This document shows positions 52,122 to 64,000 of a DNA stretch of 64,000 nt, piece after piece. The stretch's first letter is position 1. Every line of letters starts with the position of its first letter. A program made the translations under genes and the position numbers. The notes under the pieces were generated by a model. The model made no database searches, was not told where the DNA came from, and saw only the letters and a program-made list of their open reading frames with translations. The stretch comes from Cycas panzhihuaensis (Eukaryota > Plantae > Cycadophyta), in the NCBI GenBank assembly GCA_023213395.1, contig CM041465.1:170817741-170881740 (forward strand). The letters run 5' to 3'.

Positions 52122-55100
52122 TGAAAGAGGTTAATGTATCAAGGTCATTTATGTAGATTAATTATGTGGCCTTAGGATATATTGTTAACATTAGTTTTTT
52201 AATGAAATGTACTTTATGTACATTTAAATGTAATTTCGGGTTCATGTCATTAGGTGGGAAAATCCTAATCTTAGTGCTCACCTTCAATAATAAAAGGTAA
52301 AATCTCAATGAGGGAGTCATTATTCATTCTCACATCCAAGCTTGCTCTCATATCTTGTTTCATCTCTTTCATTCTCCATTGCCATTGTGTGCATGTGAGT
52401 GATTTATTCCTTAGATCCATCATTCCTTCATGTGGTATCAGAGCTAGAAGGAGATCTATTCACTACATTCCACATGCATGGAGTCATTTTACCTCTCCTT
52501 CACCTTTAATGTGAAGTATTGAGAGTGCATTCATCATTTTTTAAACATTTTGAGAGCTTAAAATTATAGTACTTTGTATGTTGCTACTTTCGATATGTGT
52601 GTAGAAATTTAGAGTTGAAGAATACATGTTTTTTAATCCATTTAGCTGCTGAAACAGTCCCGAAAGCATTAAAAGCCTAAAATTTCATAAAAAAATTGAC
52701 CATATCAAAATTTGATGACATTTGGCATGCAAGGTTGCCTTGACTAGAGGATCATTTTTATCTTCTCGAGAAACTTCAAATTCAGCCTGTAATAGCGAGT
52801 TTTGGCTATGATAAAAGGGTAAAATTTGTGGATAAGTGATTTAAGGCACTTGTTCTAATGAAATCCTTTAATTATTAGCTAAAAATCTAAAAAATTTATT
52901 AAAGAATCTGGTAGATTTATGTCTTAAGATTACTTTAAGATAAATCTGATCAAATTTCATCCACTGGTTAGTGAGATCTATGCAATTTTCTCACGGTTGT
53001 TGATTTTGTCTATTCAACCCCATAAAGGACATTACAAGGGCATTTCGGGTAGCTTTTTGGAAGATTTTGGAGATGATGCAGAAGGGAAAGTTAATGCACG
53101 TGTCAAAACATAACTTTTTACATATTAAAATTTAGATTCTGAGACAGTGGATCTGACAGGATTTTGCTTCTATGTTTTTTCAGGCAGAAATGTTTTTTGT
53201 CCTTTTTCAGAAATTTGACTTCATAATTCTATTAGAAACGACATTTTGAACACTTTTTTCTTCTGTCATAAATTCAGATTTCATCATTTAGGCCTTCATA
53301 TTTATAATTTTAAAAAATTATACCCATTTATTATTATTTGTAACTTTTGTGAAAAAATCATAAAATAGGGCAAAATAGCATGCATATAAATTTAGAAAAA
53401 TCAATATTTTAGCAGCAAATTGATCTACTTTTTAGCCCATTATGGCTTTTGTATTAAAACTTCCAAAAACATATTTTGAAACATTGTATTAAAGCAAAGC
53501 AAACCTTGGATCAGAAGTAACATGTAGTTTCCTTGTTAAATCTAGCATACTTTTTCTATTTGCACACATAGCATAAAGCATCACATAAAGTAGCAACAAC
53601 AACAAAGCAAGTACAAAAAGCAAGCAAGCACATTTTGTAACTTTCCATTTCAGTTTTCAGTTATACAGAAACATCTTAATACTATTCCTAAAAAGAATCT
53701 CATTCGTACGATTTATACTGCCAATTCTTGACTTGTGCGCACACTTACCTTGGTTGAAATAGACCAAGGTTGGCTAAAGTCTAGGCCCTAAGGGAGGTGT
53801 GAGTTTCATACTGGGTCTGGTCTTAACCGGAATAGTGGTGGAAAGATAGGTTAGCCATACCTATGGCCTACAGTCAAAGATAATCTTGATAACCACCCAA
53901 GAAAATTGAAAAGCTTAATGCAAGATTAAAATTAACCCAGTCCAATATCTGTCATAACCGTGGGATACGTAGTACCGTTTGACTCTTTGGAGGATGTATA
54001 TAGTTACTCATTGGTAAATTGGGCGAGGACTGGGAGTACCTAGGCTCCACTGTGACTTGGATTTCATCACTAAGCGCAGGTGTAGGTATCGCGGGTGAAG
54101 GCCCTAATCGTATACTAGAAGCCTTGACATTAAAACCTCACCTACATATAGACATAAGTGAGAGGTTAGTGGTATGACACATCACCACTCTTTGCCATCT
54201 CTACATTAGGCCCTATTCTTGCATCATTGCTTATAGTTATTTTTTATAGTTATTGAAAAATACTTAATCATTGCTTGCTTTTCATCATAGAATTTATTTC
54301 TACATCCCTACTGCGCTAAGTGTACTAGCCACACGTGTCAGTGGCACATACTTCTATCATCTCTTCTACTTCTTCATCATCACCATGTCATCTCAATTCA
54401 AGCATAATGTTAACTGCATATTAAAAGGCAAAGAAAATTGGGATCTATGGTACACTGGAGTTAAAAATACTGCAAAGTATGAAGGCCTTTGGAGAGCCCA
54501 TTTATAGTCTACACCCAGTATACCAGCAACATCTACAACATCTGCTTCTAGTGGATCCACCCCAACAGATCCTATAGATGCTGCAGCCAAATTACAATGG
54601 GAGATAGATGATGAAAAGATTCGTGCAAGAATTATATTGGTCACTTATCACTCATTGCATAACTTGATTAAGGAAGAGCAATATGATATAGCTTGGAAGG
54701 TCCTTGAAGTTCTCAAGAAGAACTTTGATACCAAATCAGATTTAGAATTTATTCATCTTGTTCTAAAAATGAACAAATTAAAAATGCGAAAGGGACGGGC
54801 TCATGAGACAATAAATCTCCTTCGACCAATCAAATAAGCAATTGATAAAGATTTTAAGACCCAATGCATCACTTGGTCATTTTTGATCTAGTTATGTCTA
54901 CATGTTTCTGATTATAAAAACTTGCTTGAAAGCCTTCAATCTAGTGGAATATTAAAAATACTCTACTTTGAAGCACTTGCTGATAAGTTCATTGAATTTG
55001 ACAAGACCTTTGATATGAATTTTGTAGCCTCTGACTCTCTTCTAGATGCAGCCTTTGAGGTAGAAGAAGAAGTTTGCTACACACGAAATCAAGGTCCCTC

Positions 55101-58100
55101 TCGTAGTAGAGGAAATAACTGAGGAAGAGGAAGAGGAAGAAACATGGGAAATCGTCCACAAGGTTAATCAAACCCTCAGTCACAGCCTTGACAGTCTCAA
55201 GGCCAAGGGCCACCTCAATAAAGAGCAAGATAATCAGGCCAAACCAGTACCTCTTCAGGGACTGGTAATCAAACTATTATGTGTGATCGGTGTAACCATA
55301 AAGGACATTTAGCAAAAGACTACAGAACCACCACTTATAAGTTGGTCAAATTCTAACCAAAATATGGAGCTCACAATATTAAAGAAACTTGTGAAGAATC
55401 GTTTAATGGTGCAGGTCTTGTACAAGCACACATTCAAAGAATTGAGGGATCTTCAGCATCAAATGCCATTGACCAACCAAAGAGATAATTTGAAGCTCGA
55501 TGTGGATACATCACTTATGAATTCCCTTCTCCAATGCCAAGCCCTATTGGAATTGCCAATAGTGTGGCTTTAATCGAAAGACAGTAGATTATGGACATAT
55601 GAGCAACTCAACATATGACGTGCAATCGCAGTCTATATCAGACATTTGACTAAAATGTTCAAGGAGTTATTCACATGGTTGATAAATCATAATAACCTGT
55701 TGAAGGAATTGGTAACATTCGCCTGTGACTCCTAGGCCTAGAATATTTTACATTGTTTGATGTCTTATACATACCCAATCTCAAACAAAACCTACTCTCT
55801 TTATCCACACTTCTCTCTCTTGGATTTACATCTCTTTGGCAAACTCTTTCGTTTGAATGACTCTCCATCTTCTGAATCCCATTGTGCCTAAAGCCCTTGT
55901 GCTGATGAAGAATTTACATTTAATTCCATCTTGACCCATCCAACATTATCACCAGAATCTCTTTGGCATGCTCGCATGGTCCATGTTCATATTAATAGAC
56001 TTAGAGATCTTTCAAACACTCTTCCAAATCTTCCAAAGTTCTCCTCTAAGCCCTTTAAATGTGAAACTTGTATCATTGCCAAATCTCATGGACAACCCTT
56101 TCCCAAAAGTCAGTAAAATCAAGCCATCCATTACAATTGGTACACTCCGATTTATGTAGACCAATGCCCATTCCTTCACTGAAGTAAAAATTATATTATA
56201 TCTCTTTCATTGATAATTTCACTAGAAAAGTATGGGTAGCTTTTCTACACAAGAAAGATAAAGCCTTCCGTATATTCAAAGAATTCAACGCCCTCACTAA
56301 AAAAGAGTCAGGTTATCAACTCAAATGTCTTCAAACTGATAATGGTGGCGAATATACCTCACATGAGTTTGAAATCTACCTTCGAGATAATGGCATCAAG
56401 CATCAAACAACAGTAGCAGGTATCCCACAACAGAATAGAGTTGTTGAGCGCATGAATAGGACAATCATGAACATGGCTCGAGCTATGTTGATATACAAAA
56501 ATGTACCTGCCTACCTATGGGCTGAAGCTATCTTGACAATTGTTTATTGTATCAATGCTATTAGCCCATCAAAGGAAGTATAATCACCTAATGAAAAGTG
56601 GTAAAGACAAGCCTCCATTGTTCACTACTTTAAAATTTTTAGCTCTATATGCTATGCCCACATTCTGGATGCAGATCAAAATAAACTCCAGCGAAGGGCA
56701 CTTAAAGGCATTTTTGTTGGATACCCTATGGATAAGAAAAGGTATAAGGTCTTTATACCTTCATAACGAAAAATCATTATTACTAGAGATGTCATTTTTA
56801 TGGAGACAGAGGATCAATTACTTAAATTAGACTTCAAAGTACCCTCACGTTACTATAATTATGTTATCAAGTATGATGTTCAAATTCTAAAATTTAGGGG
56901 GGCGGGGGGAACAAACATAAATTACTCCAAATATTGGAAGTTGACAATAGAGCCTCGGAGGATATAAGTTGTGACTCTGAACTCATGAGTGCATATCCAG
57001 TACCATCTTTTGAAGATAACAGAGTTAACAAAGGCAAAGACATTATAGAAGAACCATCCTTTCCACCTTCAGTCGACGAAGGCAAAATAGTGGTAGAAGG
57101 ACCATCTTTCTCAGGCACATCAACATTCTCCTCATAAAATAATCATTTTAATAAATAAGATTAGAACTAAGAAGTTGAGGAAATAAAATCTTCATTCCCA
57201 ACTCGAGGATCTCGAGAAGCCCGCCAACTCAATAAGGACATACGACCAGATGAGGTGGGAAAAACTGGTACTCGAAGTGCCCATTGAGCAAGGATGTATA
57301 AATCAATATATATTGAGCTCAAACCCGTAGAACTACACCTTACTCTTAATGAAGAGTCCTAACGTACCAAGAAGCTGTAAAATATACAGTTTGGAGAAAT
57401 GTCATGAACGAAGAGTATGAATCTCTTATCAAGAACGGTACATGGGAGCTTGTTGATCTACCACTTGGCAAAAAGGTAGTTCAAAATAAATGGATGTTCA
57501 AAAACAAATATAGATCAGATGGCACCCTTAAAAAATATAAGGCGATGTTGATAGCTAAAGGATTTACAGAAAGGAAAGGCATCGACTACACTGAAGTCTT
57601 TGCACCTACAACCAAGTGACCTACAATTAGAACTCTTATGGCCTTCGCTGTTCAACAGGGTTGGAAAATCCACTAACTCGATATTAAGACCGTGTTTCTC
57701 AATAGAGATCTTGAAGAATAAATTTATATGGCTCAACGAGAAGGATATGAGATCAAAGGTCAAGAGCATAAGGTTTGCAGGCTCAGAAAGTCCTTGTATG
57801 GCCTTAAACAAGCCCCTTGTGCTTGGTTTACCAAGTTGTTTGAAAGAATGAGGTAACTTGGATGCAAGCTTTATGACTACCAAGATATTGATGCAACATT
57901 GTTTATCAAGTGCCATAAGGATAAAGTCACTTATCTCATAATCTTTGTGGATGACATGCTAGTAATGGGTAATAGTGAATAGGCAATAAGCCAGTTGGAA
58001 AAGGACCTTGGCAAAACATTTGAATTGTCTAACCTTAGTTTGATGAAATATTACTTGGGAATTAAAGTAACACAAAAGAATGGAAAAAATTTCCTCTCCC

Positions 58101-59655
58101 AAGAAAAATACATCAACAATCTTCTAACTAAGTTTCAGTTAGAAGATGATCGACCAATGGCATTACCTATGGATTATAATACCAAACTCTCAGTTGATGG
58201 TGATACTAAGGAGGCAGACGCAACACTCTACAGGAAACTTGTAGGTAGTCTCATCTACACTACTAATATAAGGCCAGATATTGTACACTCTGTCAACATT
58301 CTTACTCGTTACATGACAAATCCTAGGCAAAATCATTGGCAGGTAGTACTGCGAGTGTTGAGATACCTTAAGACGACTAACAAATATGGTCTACTGTATG
58401 AACCTAACTCAGACTTCAAACTTTCTACATACATAGATTCAGACTTTGCAAGAAATAAACATACAAGAAGATCAACGTCTAGCTATGTAACATTTCTTGG
58501 AACAACACCAATATCATAGAGATCTAGACGACAGAAGATAGTTGCAGATTCAACTATCGAAGCTGAATACATTGCTATTTCTGAGACCAGTAAGGAGGTG
58601 ATATGGCTTAGAAAATTATTAGAAACATTGAATATCACGCAAACAAGTCCTACCAGCCTTCATGTGGATAAACAATCAGCAATTTACATGGAAAAAATTC
58701 TATATTTTACGATCCTACCAAACACATAAGTACGAAAGTCCACAGGATTAGAGAACTTATTCATGACGGCACAATTCAACCAGAATACTGCCCCACAGCA
58801 GATCAAGTGGCTGATATCTTCACCAAACTGCTGCAAAAGTTAAACTTTGAATAGTTCCAAAGATAGCTCGGCCTTAGGGCCTCCATCTTCGATTGATTAA
58901 TGAAGATGGTAATAGGATCATCATACTTTATTCTCTTCGTAAAAACCCCTTATGGGCACGGAAGAATAAGAGTAAGTCTTTGCTCTATCCTATTTGTGAA
59001 AACCCCATGTTGGTACGGAAGGATAAGGGTTGTACTAGTTTTAGAAAATCAAAACCTATGAAAACCCAAAAAGGCATAGGGGATAACCAAACGATATATG
59101 GAGACTTAGCAGATTAAGCTACACATTTAAGTTGCTTGGCTATCAGGCTACATCAAAGAGCCACCTTAGGATTTTTTATTTATAAAAGGGGCTATCGATC
59201 TTAGAAAGTTCGTGGGTTTTTATTTCTCATGAGGGTTTTTCCACAAAAGTTTCATTTAGAATTTTAATGTAATAATGAGGCTCAAATAAAGACCTCATAA
59301 AATAGATTTTCTTAAAAATGACCTTCCACCATTAAGGGGGAGATTGAAAGAGGTTAATGTATCAAGGTCATTTATGTAGATTAATTATATACCCTTAGGA
59401 TATATTATTAACATTAGTCTCTTAATGAAATACAATTTATGTACATTTAGATGTAATTTTAAGTTCATATCATTAGGTAAGAAAATCCTAATCCTAATGC
59501 TCACCCTCAATAATAAAAGGCGAAATCTCAAGGAGGGAGTCATTATTCATTTTCACCTCCAAGTTTGCTCTTATATATTGTTTCATCTCTTTTTCATTCT
59601 TCATTGCCATTGTGTGCATGTGAGTGATTTATTCCCTAGATCCATCATTCCTTCA
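52122..59655 (+). mobile_element. Full-length Ty1/copia element 2 with long leader and 3' UTR
   Basis: LTRs 52122-52430 and 59345-59655 (~90% identical), perfect TSD taaat, PBS tggtatcagagc 52433-52444, PPT aagggggaga. Confidence 0.96.
54385..58900 (+). pseudogene. gag-pol of copia 2 (degenerate)
   Basis: LKGKENWDLW gag, CDRCNHKGH knuckle, LWHARMVH/CETCIIAKSH, TDNGGEY, KNGTWELVDLP, YRKLVGSLIY, ADIFTK. Confidence 0.92.
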
Positions 59656-59699
59656 TAAATATACTAAGATTTTTTGCTGACTTGTTAGAACTCAACAAC

Positions 59700-60500
59700 T
59701 ACTCATCCCTTCTATTTAAGTATCATATCATATGCATAAACTTTCTTGCTCCAAAGAGTCAATTTTAAAGCATATAGCAAGCTATCATAAATCAAGTTGT
59801 CGATCTTAATGTTATAAGCATCTAACTTTTTAAATTATTATAGATTATGAACCATCAACAAAACTATAATTCACCAAATTTATTAGCAAATAATTTATGT
59901 ATTACATCATTTGTTATTATGTTATCTATGTCTTAAATTTAAGCTTTTCTTAGATAGACTCCTTCACATACCATACATCATAGATTAATCAATGTCCTTT
60001 ACACGAGTCCTTGTCTAGAAGCATTTTCTTGCTTCTTCCAACCTTGTGGCCCAACATTATAAGATACTTTTGGCTAATTACTAGGCTATGGCATAATTGC
60101 TTATTATAATGGTATTATAGAATTGCATCTTATATTATGTCTTTACTAAACAAAATAAACCAATCCAAAATCCATGAGAAAACTACAATGCATCACAAAT
60201 CTTCATTGTTAACAACCAACCATTGCCAAACTACTTTTTCTTATAGTCATTACTTCTTTCTAAAGTCTTTAATTGTAACTTTATAACATTATCTTAAACA
60301 CTTTATGTGTAGTCTCTTATTGGCATTTTACCAAATACTCAATGGATGTGATAACTCGATGCATTTTTCTTCACAAATAACTTGTCATCCATAACCAAAA
60401 TCTAGCTTGAAATAATAATTTCTTTCTTGATATGCAAAGCTCCCAGAGACCTTTAAAGTAGTGAATCTAAATAATTGAAATCATTGTATGTTAATTTTAG
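59700..60500 (-). pseudogene. Highly degenerate PPR-like relic
   Basis: Minus-strand peptides VFGKMPIRD (~60310-60340), RLEEARKCF (~60015-60045) and IKIDNLIYDSLLYAF..SLEQ (~59745-59810) resemble PLS-class PPR motifs. Confidence 0.35.
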
Positions 60501-61195
60501 GTGCTATGTATATATATAATCATGAGCCTATTAGCTAAGTATTCTCATATGGTATTAGATTTGCCTTTAACATTAATAACAAATAAGAATTTGATCAATT
60601 CCTTTACATGCAATTTTTAAACACTTATAACATTTGATATTTAAGGCTATTATAATGTCCATACTATTAGTTATACTCATGCAAAGATAATAATTATTAA
60701 AACCATTGTGAAAATAGATTAAAAAAAGGACTTTAAAAAGGCAAAAAAATAAATTTTAACACATTTTATTGAGTTTATCTCCTTAAGATCATATGGCCAT
60801 AAGCTAAATGGCAATGGGCTAGGCTCCAAATTATATCTAACATGATTAAATTAAATTAATATTTAGGAAAAATTAAAATATTTTAAAAATTCTAATCATC
60901 TCTATATTAAAAAATTTTGAACTATTACGTGATTTCTATGATATTTTAACATTGTGACCTATTTGAATGTGAATTTCTCTACCATTTTCTCCTCTGCATC
61001 CTACCCCATTTCTTTAAGGCTTTATAGTAGTCATTCTATATGTTGTTCATAGTTCTTTGTTTCCAATAGCTTAACTTAGGCTCTATCACAGAACAAGTAT
61101 AAAGCCATCACTTTTTTCTTATGAAATGTTAGAGAAATGTAGGTTTACCTTTGACCTCAGAGTTTTATCAGTGTGATTGGGATCACATTAGCCTT

Positions 61196-61200
<5 letters not shown>

Positions 61201-61274
<74 letters not shown>
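61201..61274. repeat. (TA)n microsatellite
   Basis: Direct read, one G interruption. Confidence 0.95.
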
Positions 61275-61627
61275 CTTTATATGACTATCCTTTTTCTTCA
61301 TTTGGCATATTAGACATATCATCTTATCCTATAACTTCCATCGGGCATTATCATCTCTTTATCTCTTACTAACATAAAATAATAATTAAGCCCAAAATTT
61401 CACTTTAGTCGCCAAATTCATGGGCTACTCCAATTCCTAGATAGTTGGCCCTATAACTCAGATTTTGTCTGCAATTACTTATGATGTTGGCTATAATATT
61501 CCAATCACACCACACCTTGATTTCTCAACTTTTAGCTTTTAATGGAGCTTTATTGTTCTACCTTCAATGATGTCTAAATTTTCATAGGCTTCAATATTTA
61601 GTATCCAAAGCTTCTCTTTAACTCATG

Positions 61628-62153
61628 GCTCTCACCACTATTAGAATTTATAATTGTAACTCTGATACCATATTAGATTTTAGAGTATAACATAGTGGAA
61701 TATATCATGTATATATAATGATTGAATTATTATAAGGATATATCTATATATAGAGAATAAACATGTGCTAAAATAGAAACATATATTAATAAGTATTATG
61801 AGCATTCACCTCAAGAGAGATAATAGATTTATACATGTAAAACCCAATATGGGAAAAACCATAGGAGAAGGTGGAGTTGGGAGCTCCTCTTTATGATCAG
61901 AGTGAATACATCTTCAAGTCATAGACCTTTCTCTTAAGTTCTAAAGTGATCTATGTACATATTTATATCAATATTTGCTTCATAAGTAGCTTATAGTTTC
62001 TATTGAGTTATTACATCATCTAATAGCATATTTACATAGATATGTATGTATGTCACATATCTATATGATTAGTAGGATTGTGTATGTGTCCACTATTATA
62101 ATATTAAACATTACATATTTGATAATGTCACATATTCTAGCATTCCCTCTTAA
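61628..62153 (-). mobile_element. LTR (61671-62142) flanked by a PPT and a doubled PBS
   Basis: ctctgatacca 61660-61670, second degenerate PBS at ~61628-61637, rc PPT ttccctcttaa 62143-62153. Confidence 0.65.
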
Positions 62154-62539
62154 TGTTTAGTGTCTTCATATCTTCATGTTTTCAATTTATTAGATAATGT
62201 AACATGTATAATAATTTCTATTTGTATTATCACATGTAACTTACAATCATTATATCATCCATCATCTATAAATGTATCAACTACTATGCTTGTCTCTTGC
62301 AAACATTAATCGATAAAAAATAAGGATATACCTATAAAACTTGTATGTAGTCATTTGTGATCAGTAGTGACCAACTATAAATATCCAGCTTATAAATATC
62401 AACCAATTATCATCATCATCAACATCATCAACTAATATACGAAGTTTTTTCCTCAACATCTTTATATCTTCATGTATAAAATTACTATCAAACATCTATT
62501 AACCAATCATCATAATAATCTCAACAAATAAATTGATTA

Positions 62540-64000
62540 CTGGGTCCATATAAAATAATAACCATATATTGAAATACATGGGTAATTAGAATTTGTCATC
62601 ACTAGTTCTCTAGGTAATTATTTTAAATATATAATTCATCAAGTTTTAAAATGCTTGTTATAAGAGTAACATAATCTTAGCTCTTGTGTACGAGTTAAAA
62701 CAACATAATCTACTATGTTGTATAAGAGTAGCTTATGCAACCTTTATTTACTTATTGTAAACAAGATTTCTTTATGTGCTTCCTCACTTGCACACTTCTA
62801 TAGCCTTCTTTTGGCAACTATTAATCACTCATCATCAAACAACCATCCAAAATATACTAACTTTAAGAATAAACCAAATTACTTGGCTAAGACAAGTTAG
62901 ACGTAACAAGGTAACATAATCAATGTGTTTTTATGTCTCTTGTTATATATGGCTAGTCGTATTTCTCACTTACAAATACTTTCTTCTATTAGTTGGAAAA
63001 CTTTAATAACTAATTATTAGTTGGATAATATTAATAACTAATTGTTATGCTAATTATATAATCATATGAGATTTTTCTCCTTGTCTTATAAATAGGTGGA
63101 ATTCTCTTAATCAACTCCTTATCTTACCATCAATAATCAAACTACCCCTTTGTCAAATCAAGTGGTGTTATTAATCATTAAACATGTGTCCATCAACTAT
63201 TAAGCATTTAAAAGGTTGTTTAAACTAGGTGATATATTTATCTATTTAGTATTGTGTACTTATACTAAACCAAATCTATAAAATTTAAGGGGAATTTATA
63301 TGTTCAACATATTAATAAAGTTCTATATTAACAACTCAATAAACATATCCCACTCTATATATATTTTAATCTATCATGAGCTCTTAAGTATCATAAATGA
63401 GCCTTGAATTATTCACTTTTAAATAAAACTTCATTTTCCTTCATCATAAAAAACTATATAATCATCATATCGGGAGCCTTTGAAAACATTAGAATATCTA
63501 AAATTTTTTCTTAAAAGATTTATAAAATGCATATTTTATGAGGTTTAAAGAACTTTATTAAACTTTATCTTTTAATATCTCTATCATCTACTATCTAAAA
63601 TATGTTGTGTGACCACTCATTTTGAATGTCTCAAAGTCTTATTTTCAATATAACAAACGATGTCTGATTTTGATATTCTAGTGAAAAGTTATGGTAAAAA
63701 ATACACCACTATGTCTCAAAATTTATATGATCCTTAAGAAAATTGAATTCCAATTTTTAAAATAAATTCAATTCAATTTACAATTTTAAAATTTATAGGA
63801 AAGATTAAATTTAATTTATTTAGATTTGAAGTTTGCCTCTTTCGTGAATAAGTCCTTAGTCACATAACTCCTCTATATGACCACCTATTAACTCACTAAG
63901 GGGTTATAAACTTTAAAAAATTATAAAAAATAATTAAATCTAAAAATTTATATATAATTCTTTTTATGCTTTAAAAAGGAATTAGTGCAAAAACTTTGTC
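62540..64000. repeat. Downstream duplicated block, homologous to 28483-29925
   Basis: Colinear homology starts exactly where the gypsy C LTR ends in copy 1. Confidence 0.9.

Overview
AT-rich, CpG/CHG-depleted plant genomic DNA. The repeat style and RLK tail suggest a gymnosperm, but that is inference only. The window is an old tandem segmental duplication of an LRR-XII type (FLS2/EFR/Xa21-like, non-RD) receptor kinase locus buried in nested LTR retrotransposons. Copy 1 (ATG 20978) has a nonsense codon at position 17 and is cut at 22774, where it fuses to an antisense Ty3/gypsy relic. Copy 2 (47619-50900) is full length but carries three apparent 1-bp deletions and an 81-nt in-frame intron. 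Surrounding elements are a three-layer nest (old gypsy > copia 3043-16824 > young chromovirus 4861-11450), a tandem gypsy pair sharing one LTR (38162-38505), a 2.5-kb GC-rich solo LTR (42580-45112), a full copia (52122-59655), a tRNA-type SINE with a 14-bp TSD, an HSP70 fragment and probable PPR relics. No intact protein-coding gene, rRNA, tRNA gene or CRISPR array was found. Identity values are by-eye estimates unless a count is given.
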